Shown here piece by piece: positions 1 through 9,640 of a stretch of DNA of 64,000 nt. Each line of letters opens with the position of its first letter. Positions within the stretch are counted from its first letter, which is position 1. Source of the DNA: Candidatus Moraniibacteriota bacterium (GTDB lineage Bacteria; Patescibacteriota; Minisyncoccia; Moranbacterales; GCA-2747515); assembly GCA_027031495.1 (NCBI GenBank), contig JALVQA010000004.1, positions 56,070-120,069 on the forward strand, given 5' to 3'. Under the pieces are notes generated by a model. That model did no database searches. It saw nothing but the letters and a program-made list of their open reading frames with translations, and was not told the DNA's origin. A program made the translations under genes and the position numbers.

Positions 1-1290
1 ATATCAAGCGTCACACTGATTGCGCCAAGACGTGCACCAAGCTGATTAACGGCAATTGCCGTATCATTGATGACCTTGATCCATGGATTAACACCGCCGG
101 ATGCACCTTGTACGCCACGAATCATTGCGCCGCGCGCCCGAATATTACCCAAATACACACCAACGCCACCGCCAAACTTTGAAATCTGCGCCATGTTTTC
201 GATGCCATGGTAAATTGCGCGCAGGTCATCATCAATATTGATTTTGAAACAACTGGAAAGCTGGTGGTAATTTGTGCGTGAATTAAGAAGTGTCGGCGTT
301 GGCAGTGAGATATGTTGCTTTGAGCAATGTTCATAAATTTTTAAAGCAAAGGCAAGACGGTTTTCTTTCTTTTCCGGGATCGCAAGAAACAACGCAACAG
401 ACATATACATCTCCTGTGGCAATTCTTCAACACAACCATTACGCTTGAGAAGATAACGCTTTGTCAGCGACAGAATAGTTGTATATTCATAAGCATGGTC
501 CGTATCAAAAGAAAGATGTTTCCCCGCTTCTAAAATATCATTCTCGGAATAATATTTATAGAAATCTTTGTAATAAAGACCATTTTTTATGTAGCGATCA
601 AAAAGTGCTTTGTACGCTTTTGGTGTGTACAAATCTTTTATATTTTTTACACCGCGATTATTCTTTGCTTGCTTGTAAAGATCGCCGAGCAGAATGCGTG
701 CAGCAACATGTTGCCACTGCGTATTATTAACTGTTACAAGGTCAATACACGTCTTTACCATGAGTTTGTTAATGTCAGACGTTTTGATACCTTCTACAAG
801 ATTCCGCTTAAACGCCTCTATAAACTCTTCAAATGTACATGCATCCTCATATCCCTCCGCACTACGATCAAAAACTTTTTTAATTTTTCTGATATCAAAT
901 TTCTCCTTTTTACCATCTGACTTTTGCACTTTCAAAGAACGCTTTTCAAATTGCTTTACCAGTCTTTCATGTTTCTCTTCACGACTTTCTGCACGTTTGT
1001 CACGATAAAGAATGTAAGCCTTTGCAACTTCGTATTCGTTAATTTTAACAAGATGGCGCTCAACACAGTCCTGTACATCCTCTACTGCAACTACCGGCAC
1101 ATGGTCATGTTGTGCGCGCTCACCAAGAGACTTTTCTATATCTACGACAATATCATCTGTCAGCGCCTTAATAAAAATACACTCCGATCCAACAGCATTG
1201 CACGCTTTGCGTATAGCATTTTCAATCCTTGTACGATCAAAATCGACAATTTCGCCGTTTCGCTTTTTAACCTTTATTATTGTGTTCATA
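1..1290 (-). CDS. Ribonucleotide reductase large (alpha) subunit, N-terminal part with ATP-cone; 3' end runs off the window
   Basis: I translated the reverse complement by hand. It starts at the ATG at 1288-1290 (MNTIIKVKKRNGEIVDFDRTRIENAIRKA, ATP-cone-like). It contains RNR motifs PTLLNSRT, QLSSCF, GGGVGV..IRARG and SGGVNPW..VNQLGARLGA. There is no stop before position 1, so the gene is absent from the ORF track, which only lists closed ORFs. Confidence 0.8.
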
Positions 1291-1395
1291 TTTTTATGCG
1301 CACACAAACAACGCATGTGTCAGATACTGGACACACCCCCTTCGTTATGTATGCATTATTTATTTTAAAATGTTACCTCTTTTTTATACTTAAAA

Positions 1396-1977
1396 TCACA
1401 AATATGCATTACGAAAGCGTTCCTCCACCACAGACCAGTTAATGTTGCCAATGAATGCATCTATGTAGTCGGCGCGCTTAAGTCCATATTCTGTAATAAA
1501 TGCATGTTCAAAAACATCCATTACAAGAAGTGGTTCTGCACCGGCAAGATGCCCCATGTCATGCTCATTGATCCACGCGTTAAACACTGTATCCGCCTCC
1601 TTGTCATAAGCAAGAACAACCCATCCAATACCACGCATAAGACCAACTGCACGAAAATCGTCTTCCCACTTTTCAAAAGAACCATATACTCGTGCAACAC
1701 TCTCTGTCAAAAGTGGAGCATTCTCACTTTTGACACCATCTTTTGAGAGATTGCCAAAGTAAAGCTCATGAAGACGCATACCATTCCACTCCCATCCAAA
1801 ACGACGTTTTAGTTCGGCAAATGCTGCCGTCCCTTTCTCTGTGTGCAATATTTGCTGCGCAAGAGCATTTGCATTCGCCACATAGCCGGCATAAAGCGTA
1901 AAGTGCATATGCAACAAGTCATCACTAAATCCGCTCATGCCAATGATGTGTGAAAAATCTTTCTCTTTATATGTCAT
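1396..1977 (-). CDS. Fe/Mn superoxide dismutase family protein
   Basis: The C-terminal LLVMDVFEHAFITEYGLKRADYIDAFIGNINW matches the SOD signature DVWEHAYY..RPDYI..FWNVVNW. A mid-sequence His and the Asp/His metal-ligand pair are present. The N-terminal HH motif is divergent (HMHF). Confidence 0.7.
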   Translation of the reverse strand: MTYKEKDFSHIIGMSGFSDDLLHMHFTLYAGYVANANALAQQILHTEKGTAAFAELKRRFGWEWNGMRLHELYFGNLSKDGVKSENAPLLTESVARVYGSFEKWEDDFRAVGLMRGIGWVVLAYDKEADTVFNAWINEHDMGHLAGAEPLLVMDVFEHAFITEYGLKRADYIDAFIGNINWSVVEERFRNAYL

Positions 1978-2019
1978 AACGTCATTATCTCTTCAAAATC
2001 CAATTATCTCGTATACATC

Positions 2020-2637
2020 CTAAATCTTGCCAACGAGGTCTACACCCGGCTTTAGAGCATCATCACCAGGTTTCCAGTTTGCAGGGCATACCATACCATC
2101 ATGCTCTCGCACAAACTGCGCCGCTTCAATCTTGCGCAAAAGTTCCTGCACATTGCGACCAATATCATTATTATGCACTTCATACGCTGCAAGTTTGCCA
2201 TCTGGATCAATGATAAATGTACCGCGAAGAGCAAGTCCTTCATCCTCAATATATACACCAAAATATCTCGCTATCTCACCCGTTGGATCAGCTGCCATCG
2301 GATATGTAACTTTACTAATTGCCGGTGATGTGTCGTGCCATGCCTTGTGCACAAACGCAGTGTCAGTGCTCACACTTACAATTTCCGTATTACGCTCTTG
2401 AAATGCTGTATAGTTTTCCGCCAACTCTTCCAGTTCCGTTGGACACACAAATGTGAAATCTGCTGGATAGAAAAAGAGTACTAACCACTTTCCTCTATAG
2501 TCGGAAATCTTTACATCTTCCTTAATTGTGTTTTTGTGAAAAACGGCAAAAGAAAGATCATGCACCTCTTCGCCAATTACCGGCAGACGATTAGCCATTG
2601 CGCCGCACTCGAAACATACATTTGTCAATTCCTCCAT
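2020..2637 (-). CDS. 2-Cys peroxiredoxin (AhpC/Tsa family)
   Basis: The FYPADFTFVCPTE active-site motif and a C-terminal resolving VCP are present, in the typical Prx length and layout. Confidence 0.9.
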   Translation of the reverse strand: MEELTNVCFECGAMANRLPVIGEEVHDLSFAVFHKNTIKEDVKISDYRGKWLVLFFYPADFTFVCPTELEELAENYTAFQERNTEIVSVSTDTAFVHKAWHDTSPAISKVTYPMAADPTGEIARYFGVYIEDEGLALRGTFIIDPDGKLAAYEVHNNDIGRNVQELLRKIEAAQFVREHDGMVCPANWKPGDDALKPGVDLVGKI

Positions 2638-2674
2638 ATTTTTGAAGTATTAATTAATAAGATCTAACACTTTC

Positions 2675-2703
2675 ATGATACAGTGGCGCTATCAGTGCGT
2701 CAA
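2675..2703 (-). promoter_or_regulatory. Sigma70-like promoter for the peroxiredoxin gene (minus strand)
   Basis: On the reverse strand a TTGACG -35 (2698-2703), a 17-nt spacer and a TATCAT -10 (2675-2680) lie about 35 nt upstream of the prx start. Confidence 0.45.
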
Positions 2704-2724
2704 GAACAACTTGTGTCACAAAAG

Positions 2725-2758
2725 ACAAAAAATACACAATATATTGTGTATTTTTTGT
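2725..2758. terminator. 34-bp perfect AT-rich palindrome ACAAAAAATACACAATATATTGTGTATTTTTTGT; bidirectional terminator and/or operator
   Basis: A perfect palindrome flanked by A6/T6 runs sits between the 3' end of the PBP gene and the prx promoter. Confidence 0.4.
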
Positions 2759-2803
2759 TTGACAGTTTATTTGACAGCATGCGAACTTTATCGCATTGCA
2801 ATT

Positions 2804-5122
2804 TTACTCAAAGTCACTGTCTTTGCATTTTTCTGTCGGCACAGGCCCAACGACAATTTTTCGATCTTTTTCTTCATACCACTTCTTTACACCCTTTTCC
2901 CATGATTTGTATTGTGGATCTTTCTCTGGTTTTTGTGGTGGATCACCCATAGGATCGCTTTTATCAACATAGTGAAGAATTGAGTGTGTATCAATAAATT
3001 TACGCCTTTTTACATCAACGTCATTGTTTTCACATGCATCTGATGCAAGGCACCATGTATTATCCTTTTTCGAAATACGACACACTTTTTTCTCATGCAA
3101 TTCCGGTACTTTACCATAAAGCAATGGACGCTCACTTTTTTCCTCTTCATTTTTGCCAGCACCACCTTCATCACTGGGATCAGGAAAGTGTTCGACCAGC
3201 GTATCTTTGAGGGCCTCCTCCATAAACGCATGCCATATCGGGGCAGCAACAACCGATCCGGCGGCGCCGACTCTCATTGCACGGTTATCGTTATTACCAA
3301 CCCACACACCAGCTGCAAGTGATGGTGTATATCCCATCGTCCATGCATCACGATAACCATTTGTTGTGCCAGTTTTTGCCGCTACCGATCGTTCGTCAAA
3401 ACGCAACGGATTATTTTGCCCAAATGCCGGTGCACGGTATTTATTCTTGGATAAGATATCACTCAACAGAGCAACATATTTTTCCTCAACAACGCGTTCA
3501 CCATCTCTGTCTCTAAATTCTTCCAGAACATTACCATCTTTGTCTTCAATACGCATAATACTTGTAAGATCCTTTCGTACACCACCGTTGGCAAGCGTTG
3601 CATATGCGTGTGTGTGATGAAGAAGCTGCACCTCACCACCGCCAAGCACCAACGAAAGGCCGTACCGCTTCGGTTCATCAAGACCTGTTAGACCAAGTTC
3701 TTTTCCCAGTTCTATAACCTCGTCAACACCAACAAGGTAAAGTGCCTTTACAGCCGGAATGTTAAGCGACATGCCAAGTGCCTTTTTAATTTTCACAGGG
3801 CCGCGAAATGTACCGTCATAATTCTGCGGCTCATATGCCTTATCACCACCATCAAACTTTGTCTTCACATCATAAAGAACAGTGTCCGGCACATATCCAC
3901 GACGAAACATTCCCAGAAAAACATATGGCTTAAATGATGAGCCCGGCTGACGGAAACGCAAGGCTACATTAACTTGACCATCAATATCCTTGTCAAAAAA
4001 ATCAGCTGATCCAACCATTGCAAGAAGTTGCCCTGTTTTTGGGTCTATCGCCACCAGTGCGGCGTTTTTCGCATTGTATCTCTTTCTGTTACGCTCAGCA
4101 CCATCGCGCACCACGCGCTCCGCCAGTTGCTGCAGATCCCAATCTAGCGTTGTAATGACACGCAAACCCATTTCCTTAACTTCATCCAATTTATACTGCC
4201 TTTCAAGATATTCGCGAATATACATCACAAAATGTGGCGCTTTGATCTTCTCCCTGTTTGGCACAACTTTTGCAAGAGTGTCAATTTTTTTTGCCTCATC
4301 CGCCTTTTCTTGTGTTATATAACCAAGTCGCGCCATCTGATCCAATGCATGTGCCTGTCGTTTGCGAAGACGCTCCAAGCGCTCCGGCCGTGTCCCGTAC
4401 GGTGAGTAGAATGATGGCTGTTGTGGTAGTGATGCAAGAAGCGCCGCCTCATCAAGCGTAAGATCTTTTGCGTGTTTGCCAAAAAATGTTCTCGCTGCTG
4501 CCTCAATGCCATACGCATTTGAACCATATGGAATAACATTCAGATAAAGCTCCAAGATCTCATCTTTTGTAAACTTCCGCTCCAACTCTAGCGAAAGAAT
4601 AATTTCTTTTAGCTTTCGCTCATATGAACGTTCACTTGTCAAAAGCGTATTCTTTATAAGTTGTTGCGTGATTGTAGAGCCACCACTACTTCGCCCAAAA
4701 TAGTGTGGAAATATCTGTGAGAGTGCCGCACGTATAATAGATTTTACTTTAATGCCGTGATGTTCATAAAAATCCTGATCTTCTAGCGCAATAGTCGCAT
4801 AACGTATAACCGTTGGCATTTCGTCAAAGTCTATAATTGTCCGCCGTTCTTCACCATAGATGTCATAAAGCAAAACCTTACCCGTACGATCATAAATTTT
4901 TGTTGACTCAGCAATTTCACGTGTACGCAACTGATCTGCTGGTGGCAAATCTTTTGCATAATACCAGAAAACACCGGCAGCGCTCAATATACCAACCGCA
5001 CCGAAGGACAACACACCAAAAAGCGCCCATTTTGCCATACGTTGCCCAAGCGTTTTTTTCTTTCTTTTGTTGCGCGACGCGCGTTGCACTCGTCGTCGCG
5101 TTACTACTTGTCGTGTACCCAT
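2804..5122 (-). CDS. Class A penicillin-binding protein (bifunctional transglycosylase/transpeptidase, PBP1A-like) with Lys/Glu-rich C-terminal tail
   Basis: There is an N-terminal TM segment, GT51 motifs (EDQDFYEHHG, GGSTITQQLIKN) and transpeptidase motifs SSFKP, SLN and KTGTT. About 150 aa of charged low-complexity sequence sits at the C-terminus. Confidence 0.9.
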   Translation of the reverse strand: MGTRQVVTRRRVQRASRNKRKKKTLGQRMAKWALFGVLSFGAVGILSAAGVFWYYAKDLPPADQLRTREIAESTKIYDRTGKVLLYDIYGEERRTIIDFDEMPTVIRYATIALEDQDFYEHHGIKVKSIIRAALSQIFPHYFGRSSGGSTITQQLIKNTLLTSERSYERKLKEIILSLELERKFTKDEILELYLNVIPYGSNAYGIEAAARTFFGKHAKDLTLDEAALLASLPQQPSFYSPYGTRPERLERLRKRQAHALDQMARLGYITQEKADEAKKIDTLAKVVPNREKIKAPHFVMYIREYLERQYKLDEVKEMGLRVITTLDWDLQQLAERVVRDGAERNRKRYNAKNAALVAIDPKTGQLLAMVGSADFFDKDIDGQVNVALRFRQPGSSFKPYVFLGMFRRGYVPDTVLYDVKTKFDGGDKAYEPQNYDGTFRGPVKIKKALGMSLNIPAVKALYLVGVDEVIELGKELGLTGLDEPKRYGLSLVLGGGEVQLLHHTHAYATLANGGVRKDLTSIMRIEDKDGNVLEEFRDRDGERVVEEKYVALLSDILSKNKYRAPAFGQNNPLRFDERSVAAKTGTTNGYRDAWTMGYTPSLAAGVWVGNNDNRAMRVGAAGSVVAAPIWHAFMEEALKDTLVEHFPDPSDEGGAGKNEEEKSERPLLYGKVPELHEKKVCRISKKDNTWCLASDACENNDVDVKRRKFIDTHSILHYVDKSDPMGDPPQKPEKDPQYKSWEKGVKKWYEEKDRKIVVGPVPTEKCKDSDFE

Positions 5123-5232
5123 ACAAAAAGTCTTATACCATACCAGTATACCGCAGAATATACAAAGTGACTATCAAATGCAAATTTTCGTGAATGAAAA
5201 ACAGCCCAAAAATTTCCTAATGAAAATAGACG

Positions 5233-6225
5233 TTAATCAAAAAGCATGTTGATGATTTCCGCCGATACATTGCGCGACACGCCTTCATATGGCTCATGAT
5301 GCATGCTTAACATTGGCGAATCATTTAGTTCTATTACCGTATAACCAACATCTTGAGGATTTTTTGTAATATCAGGTGTAAGAAAATCAATTCCAGCATA
5401 AGGAAGACCCGGTATCGCACGAATAATTTTTGTTGCCAAATCGCAAATGGCCGGATGCACCTTATCTGTGTAGTCAATGCTATCGCCACCAGTTGAGATA
5501 TTTGAGTTTTGGCGCAAAAAAATACGCTGACCTTTTGACGGAATACTATCCAATGTTAGAGATTTTGCTGCAAGAATTTTCAATATCTCATCGTCAACAA
5601 TAATGCGCACAATGGCCTTTTCGTGACCATCTCCACGACGTGGATCGCTGTTTTTCTCGTCAATAAGTTCACGAATTGTTGATACACCATCACCAATGAC
5701 ATTAGCCGGTACTCTATGAATAACGCCCAACGTTTTATCACGCGTTGCCAAAATGCGATACTCTTTGCCGACAGATTGCTCTTCTATTAAAAATGATGTG
5801 CCTTTTGTAGAAAATTTTTCTATGCAAGATCGTACTTCTTCATCCGTGCAAATATTGAGAAAAACATCCGTTCCCCAAGTACCTCCCGTCGGCTTGATAA
5901 CAAGCGGTTTTGGTAGCGTTTTACTATAAGCGATCGCCTCTTTAACCTCATCTTTGCAAAATGCCTGCCCGCGCGGTACACGAATACCACTTTTTTGCAA
6001 AAACTGTTTTGCAATATCCTTGTGTTTACAAATAAAATATGCATTGTAACTTAGTGACGGTAGTCTCTGCCCAATGATTGTCGCCACACGACCTTCATGC
6101 TCAATAATCAGGTGACTCCGCTTTGACTGTGGAAACATCTTACGCACAGCATAGCCGCGTCTTTGTGCCTCACGCGCAAGGAAATAATTACTTAAGTGAT
6201 TAAAATCGGACCTCGTAAAGTTCAT
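5233..6225 (-). CDS. ATP-grasp ligase, cyanophycin-synthetase-like ATP-grasp domain only (no Mur-ligase domain)
   Basis: VIGDGVSTIRELIDEKNSDPRRGDGHEKAIVRI and ...SNISTGGDSIDYTDKVHP...GLPYAGIDFL resemble the N-terminal ATP-grasp half of CphA. It is the last gene of a three-gene minus-strand cassette. Confidence 0.65.
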   Translation of the reverse strand: MNFTRSDFNHLSNYFLAREAQRRGYAVRKMFPQSKRSHLIIEHEGRVATIIGQRLPSLSYNAYFICKHKDIAKQFLQKSGIRVPRGQAFCKDEVKEAIAYSKTLPKPLVIKPTGGTWGTDVFLNICTDEEVRSCIEKFSTKGTSFLIEEQSVGKEYRILATRDKTLGVIHRVPANVIGDGVSTIRELIDEKNSDPRRGDGHEKAIVRIIVDDEILKILAAKSLTLDSIPSKGQRIFLRQNSNISTGGDSIDYTDKVHPAICDLATKIIRAIPGLPYAGIDFLTPDITKNPQDVGYTVIELNDSPMLSMHHEPYEGVSRNVSAEIINMLFD

Positions 6226-6258
6226 ATTTCGATATATTTAAGCTCAAGTTAAAGAATA

Positions 6259-7671
6259 CTACTTACTCACATCTACCAAAAATTTGCCAAGGTTGCGCTT
6301 GCCGATAATTGCAGGATACTGCAAATGCGAGCGATCCACAATGTTGACGCGCGCCGGAACGCGTACACCGTCCATAATAAAATACAGCTTCACAATTGGG
6401 CGAATTGTCACGCCACTGGATGACCACACAACAGAAACATCAACCAACCCCTCAATGGCAGAACCGTACTCCTTCATAAATACGCGCTCAGCAACAGCGC
6501 CATCACCTTTTTTTTCTATAGAAAATGCACTTAGATTAATTTTGTCAAATGCGTCAAGTGTCGATCCAAAACCAAGCTCGCGCGCAAGCTTACGGTCAAT
6601 AGACGTGGAATATGCGCCCGTGTCAATTTTTGCCTTCACTGTTACGCGCTTGTTGTCTTTACCGATAAACGTTACTTCTTCTACCGAGCCGATGACACGC
6701 TTTCCCGATGTTTGCTCAAGCACTTCCTCGATTTCACCACCAAAAAGATCTTTACCGACACGAACACCGCGTGCGACGCTCTTGATTTTAAGACCAGCAA
6801 CACGATCAAGACGCTCCTTGAGACCTGCCATATTCGCTACTTGAATAGATAGACCGGGACGTGCATTGAGTTCCAAAAATACCGGACCGCGGTCACGGTC
6901 AATAACGACATCGGCACCGAGAAAACCAAGCTTGCTCGCTTCCTGCGCCTTTACTGCCATTGTAAGGATGTCATCCCAATACGGAATTTTGATACCTGAT
7001 AGTGGCATGTGCGTATCCGGTGTACGTTCTATAATTTTTCGCTTTCCCTGCACAGCTGTCGTTGTTGTGCCTGTCGCCATGTCAATGCCAACACCAATAC
7101 CACCGAGTTGCAAATTTGCCTTGCCGCCTGATTTTTTTGTTGGCAAACGCAACATTGCCATAACAGGCACCTTGTTATACACAATGATGCGCACATCGGG
7201 AATACCGCGATAAGCATAAGGGCGAAAAAGTTTGAGAAGTGTTAGACGCTCCTCAAAAAAAGCAATATCTGATACACCGGAAAGTGAAAACATCCCCTCA
7301 ATAATGTTATGTACGTGTGTGTAAATATCGTGTGCCGTTACAACAGAGCCATCTGCTTTAACCCACGCATCTTTCATACCTTTCTTGCGCCCAAAGAGAA
7401 CGATAATACCGGCGCCACCAAAACCGCGATTCGGCTTAACAACAAAAGAATCCGGCAATTGCGACCAATCAAAGTTTTCTAGTTCTTCACGTGTACCAAT
7501 CTTCGCAATAAGTTCCGGCACAGCAACACCAGCTTTTTTGAGCACATTCTTACTCAAGATCTTATCATCAGAGATAGCACGTGCATTTTTAAGATTGAGC
7601 GGACGCACATAGTGAAGGTTTCGCGCATTCATGCCCAAAATCTTCTGTGATTTTCTCAACAGCGTAAACAT
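6259..7671 (-). CDS. RimK-like ATP-grasp ligase (alpha-L-glutamate-ligase-like) fused to a C-terminal retropepsin-like aspartic peptidase domain
   Basis: The N-terminal GMNARNLHYVRPLN...VVKPNRGFGGAGI..ELNARPGL is a RimK-related ATP-grasp. The C-terminal ~140 aa carry a KIDTGAYSTSID (DTGA) retropepsin-type motif, as in the RimK-associated peptidase family. Confidence 0.7.
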   Translation of the reverse strand: MFTLLRKSQKILGMNARNLHYVRPLNLKNARAISDDKILSKNVLKKAGVAVPELIAKIGTREELENFDWSQLPDSFVVKPNRGFGGAGIIVLFGRKKGMKDAWVKADGSVVTAHDIYTHVHNIIEGMFSLSGVSDIAFFEERLTLLKLFRPYAYRGIPDVRIIVYNKVPVMAMLRLPTKKSGGKANLQLGGIGVGIDMATGTTTTAVQGKRKIIERTPDTHMPLSGIKIPYWDDILTMAVKAQEASKLGFLGADVVIDRDRGPVFLELNARPGLSIQVANMAGLKERLDRVAGLKIKSVARGVRVGKDLFGGEIEEVLEQTSGKRVIGSVEEVTFIGKDNKRVTVKAKIDTGAYSTSIDRKLARELGFGSTLDAFDKINLSAFSIEKKGDGAVAERVFMKEYGSAIEGLVDVSVVWSSSGVTIRPIVKLYFIMDGVRVPARVNIVDRSHLQYPAIIGKRNLGKFLVDVSK

Positions 7672-7677
7672 GATTTC

Positions 7678-8370
7678 TTACTTTATATGTGCTAAAACAT
7701 CGCGGAAACGTATATATTCCGTCACACGTAGACCAGTCCAACGCCCCAAAAGAATGTTTGCGGGAATTGTCAAAAGGACTGCAAAAGGATGTAGAAAAAC
7801 AAAATTTTGAATCGTTTGCGATGAAAGAAGCGCATACCCACAAAGTGCTACGACAAGTGTTTCAACCGCAAGAAAAAGTGCGGTTTTTGTTCCTTTTTCA
7901 ATTTGCACAGCCACAAATTTCTCAGCGATGACAACAAGCACAATAAGCGGAAACACATACATAGTCGCAAAACCGGTGCGTTGCATGTACGCACCGAGAA
8001 TCAAAATACCAAGAACAGTAAATGATAAAAATGTCATTGTAATGGCCACACGTGGCAAATACAGTAAGCGGAAATGTTTCAAAATAACGCGCATCCCCAT
8101 GCCAATAGCAATAACGGCAATGTAAATCGCAATACCATAACGTAAATCATAAAACATGCTACCGATGTTGAAACTCTCATAGCGTGCATCAGAAATCATA
8201 AAAAAAACCAACGCAATGATGGATGGTGTATAGATGCCAAAGGCCTTTATACCAATCACTTGACGAAAGAATGCAACAAGCGTTGCGACAAGCGGAAACA
8301 TAAGAAGAATAAGAACGGTTTGATCTGGAATCCCCAAATTGACAACAATACTATTAATCCATGGACTCAT
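7678..8370 (-). CDS. Polytopic membrane protein (about 6-7 TM), first gene of the ATP-grasp cassette
   Basis: It has several long hydrophobic segments. It sits 6 bp upstream of the RimK-like gene on the same strand. No catalytic motif was recognised. Confidence 0.55.
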   Translation of the reverse strand: MSPWINSIVVNLGIPDQTVLILLMFPLVATLVAFFRQVIGIKAFGIYTPSIIALVFFMISDARYESFNIGSMFYDLRYGIAIYIAVIAIGMGMRVILKHFRLLYLPRVAITMTFLSFTVLGILILGAYMQRTGFATMYVFPLIVLVVIAEKFVAVQIEKGTKTALFLAVETLVVALCGYALLSSQTIQNFVFLHPFAVLLTIPANILLGRWTGLRVTEYIRFRDVLAHIK

Positions 8371-8426
8371 ACTATATGCATTAAGATATCACTTACCATC
8401 AGCATAGCAAAGTTTTGTGTAAAAAT

Positions 8427-8921
8427 CTATGCTACGCGATGCATAACACGACTTGCACTATGACAAAACGCAACCGCAAGCGCATCAGCCGCATCATCCG
8501 GTCGCGGCACAGCATCAAGGTGAAAAATCGTCTTTACCATCGCCTGCACCTGCGCTTTTTCAGCACGTCCATTGCCGGCAACAGCTTGTTTGACTTGTAG
8601 TGGCGTATACTCACCGATAGCAAGATGTGCACGCTCGGCACACAACAAAAGCACACCGCGTGCCTGTGCAACAGTAATAATTGTCTTTTGATTTTTAAAA
8701 TAAAATAATTGCTCGATACCCATCTCTGCAGGTGCGTACGTTGCAACAATCTGTTCAAAATCCCGTGCAATCTCTCCGAGGCGATCAGCATCACTCTTTG
8801 TGCTCTCAGTTTCAATACACCCGTGTGCAACGTGCTTAACACGACCACCACCGTAATCATCAATTATCGCCCACCCAACAATTGCCGTACCAGGATCAAT
8901 GCCCAAAATCCGCACACTCAT
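8427..8921 (-). CDS. ruvC: Holliday junction resolvase RuvC
   Basis: The N-terminal ILGIDPGTAIVGWAII and the length fit RuvC. It sits directly downstream of yebC, the classic arrangement. Confidence 0.9.
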   Translation of the reverse strand: MSVRILGIDPGTAIVGWAIIDDYGGGRVKHVAHGCIETESTKSDADRLGEIARDFEQIVATYAPAEMGIEQLFYFKNQKTIITVAQARGVLLLCAERAHLAIGEYTPLQVKQAVAGNGRAEKAQVQAMVKTIFHLDAVPRPDDAADALAVAFCHSASRVMHRVA

Positions 8922-9640
8922 TATGATGCAACGTTACTATAGATCTCTTGCACATCGTCACACCCCTCTATTGCAGAGTAAAGTGCGTCATATGACACCT
9001 TCTCATCATCACGCAATGTGATAGTCTGCGTCGGTATATATACGATACTCACGTCATCTACGGCAACGCCGTGTTCCTCAAGATGCGCGCGCACTGCGTG
9101 CACATCCTTGACAGCTGTCGTAATAACAATGGCATCATCACCTTTTCTCTCGACATCTTCCGCACCGGCATCAATTGCCAAAAGCTCTACCGCATCAGGA
9201 TCATCAGTTCGCACAACGATGCGTCCAACATGTTTAAATTGAAACGCAACACCACCACCGGAAACAAACTTGCCACCATTTTTCTTGAGTGTTGTTTTAA
9301 CTTCTGTGAGCGCCCGATTCGTATTGTCGGTTGCACATACGATAATAAATGCGCTACCACTCGGACCCATTGCTTCATACACAACTTCCTCAATACGTGT
9401 CCCGCCATCAATTTCGCCTGTTCCACGCTTAATTGCACGCTCTATATTATCCTTTGGCATATTAACTGATCGCGCTTTCTCAATCGCCATCTTAAGCGCC
9501 GCATTCATTTCCGGATCGCCACCGCCTTGTTGCGCAGCAAGTGTAATATTTTTTGCAACTACCGTGAAAATCTTTGCACGTTTTGCATCGGTTGCCGCCT
9601 TCTTGTGTTTAATACTTGACCACTTATTATGTCCTGACAT
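8921..9640 (-). CDS. yebC: YebC/PmpR family DNA-binding regulator
   Basis: The N-terminal MSGHNKWSSIKHKKA...AK.ITLAAQQGGGDPEMNAALKMAIEKA is the YebC signature. Confidence 0.9.
   Translation of the reverse strand: MSGHNKWSSIKHKKAATDAKRAKIFTVVAKNITLAAQQGGGDPEMNAALKMAIEKARSVNMPKDNIERAIKRGTGEIDGGTRIEEVVYEAMGPSGSAFIIVCATDNTNRALTEVKTTLKKNGGKFVSGGGVAFQFKHVGRIVVRTDDPDAVELLAIDAGAEDVERKGDDAIVITTAVKDVHAVRAHLEEHGVAVDDVSIVYIPTQTITLRDDEKVSYDALYSAIEGCDDVQEIYSNVAS

Noticed and set aside
122-334. 70-aa minus-strand ORF in the track
   Set aside because: It is out of frame within the ribonucleotide reductase gene, and the RNR frame has strong family motifs through this span.
479-1442. Plus-strand ORFs (83-172 aa) in the first 1.4 kb
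   Set aside because: They are low-complexity and antisense to the RNR gene, with no motifs.
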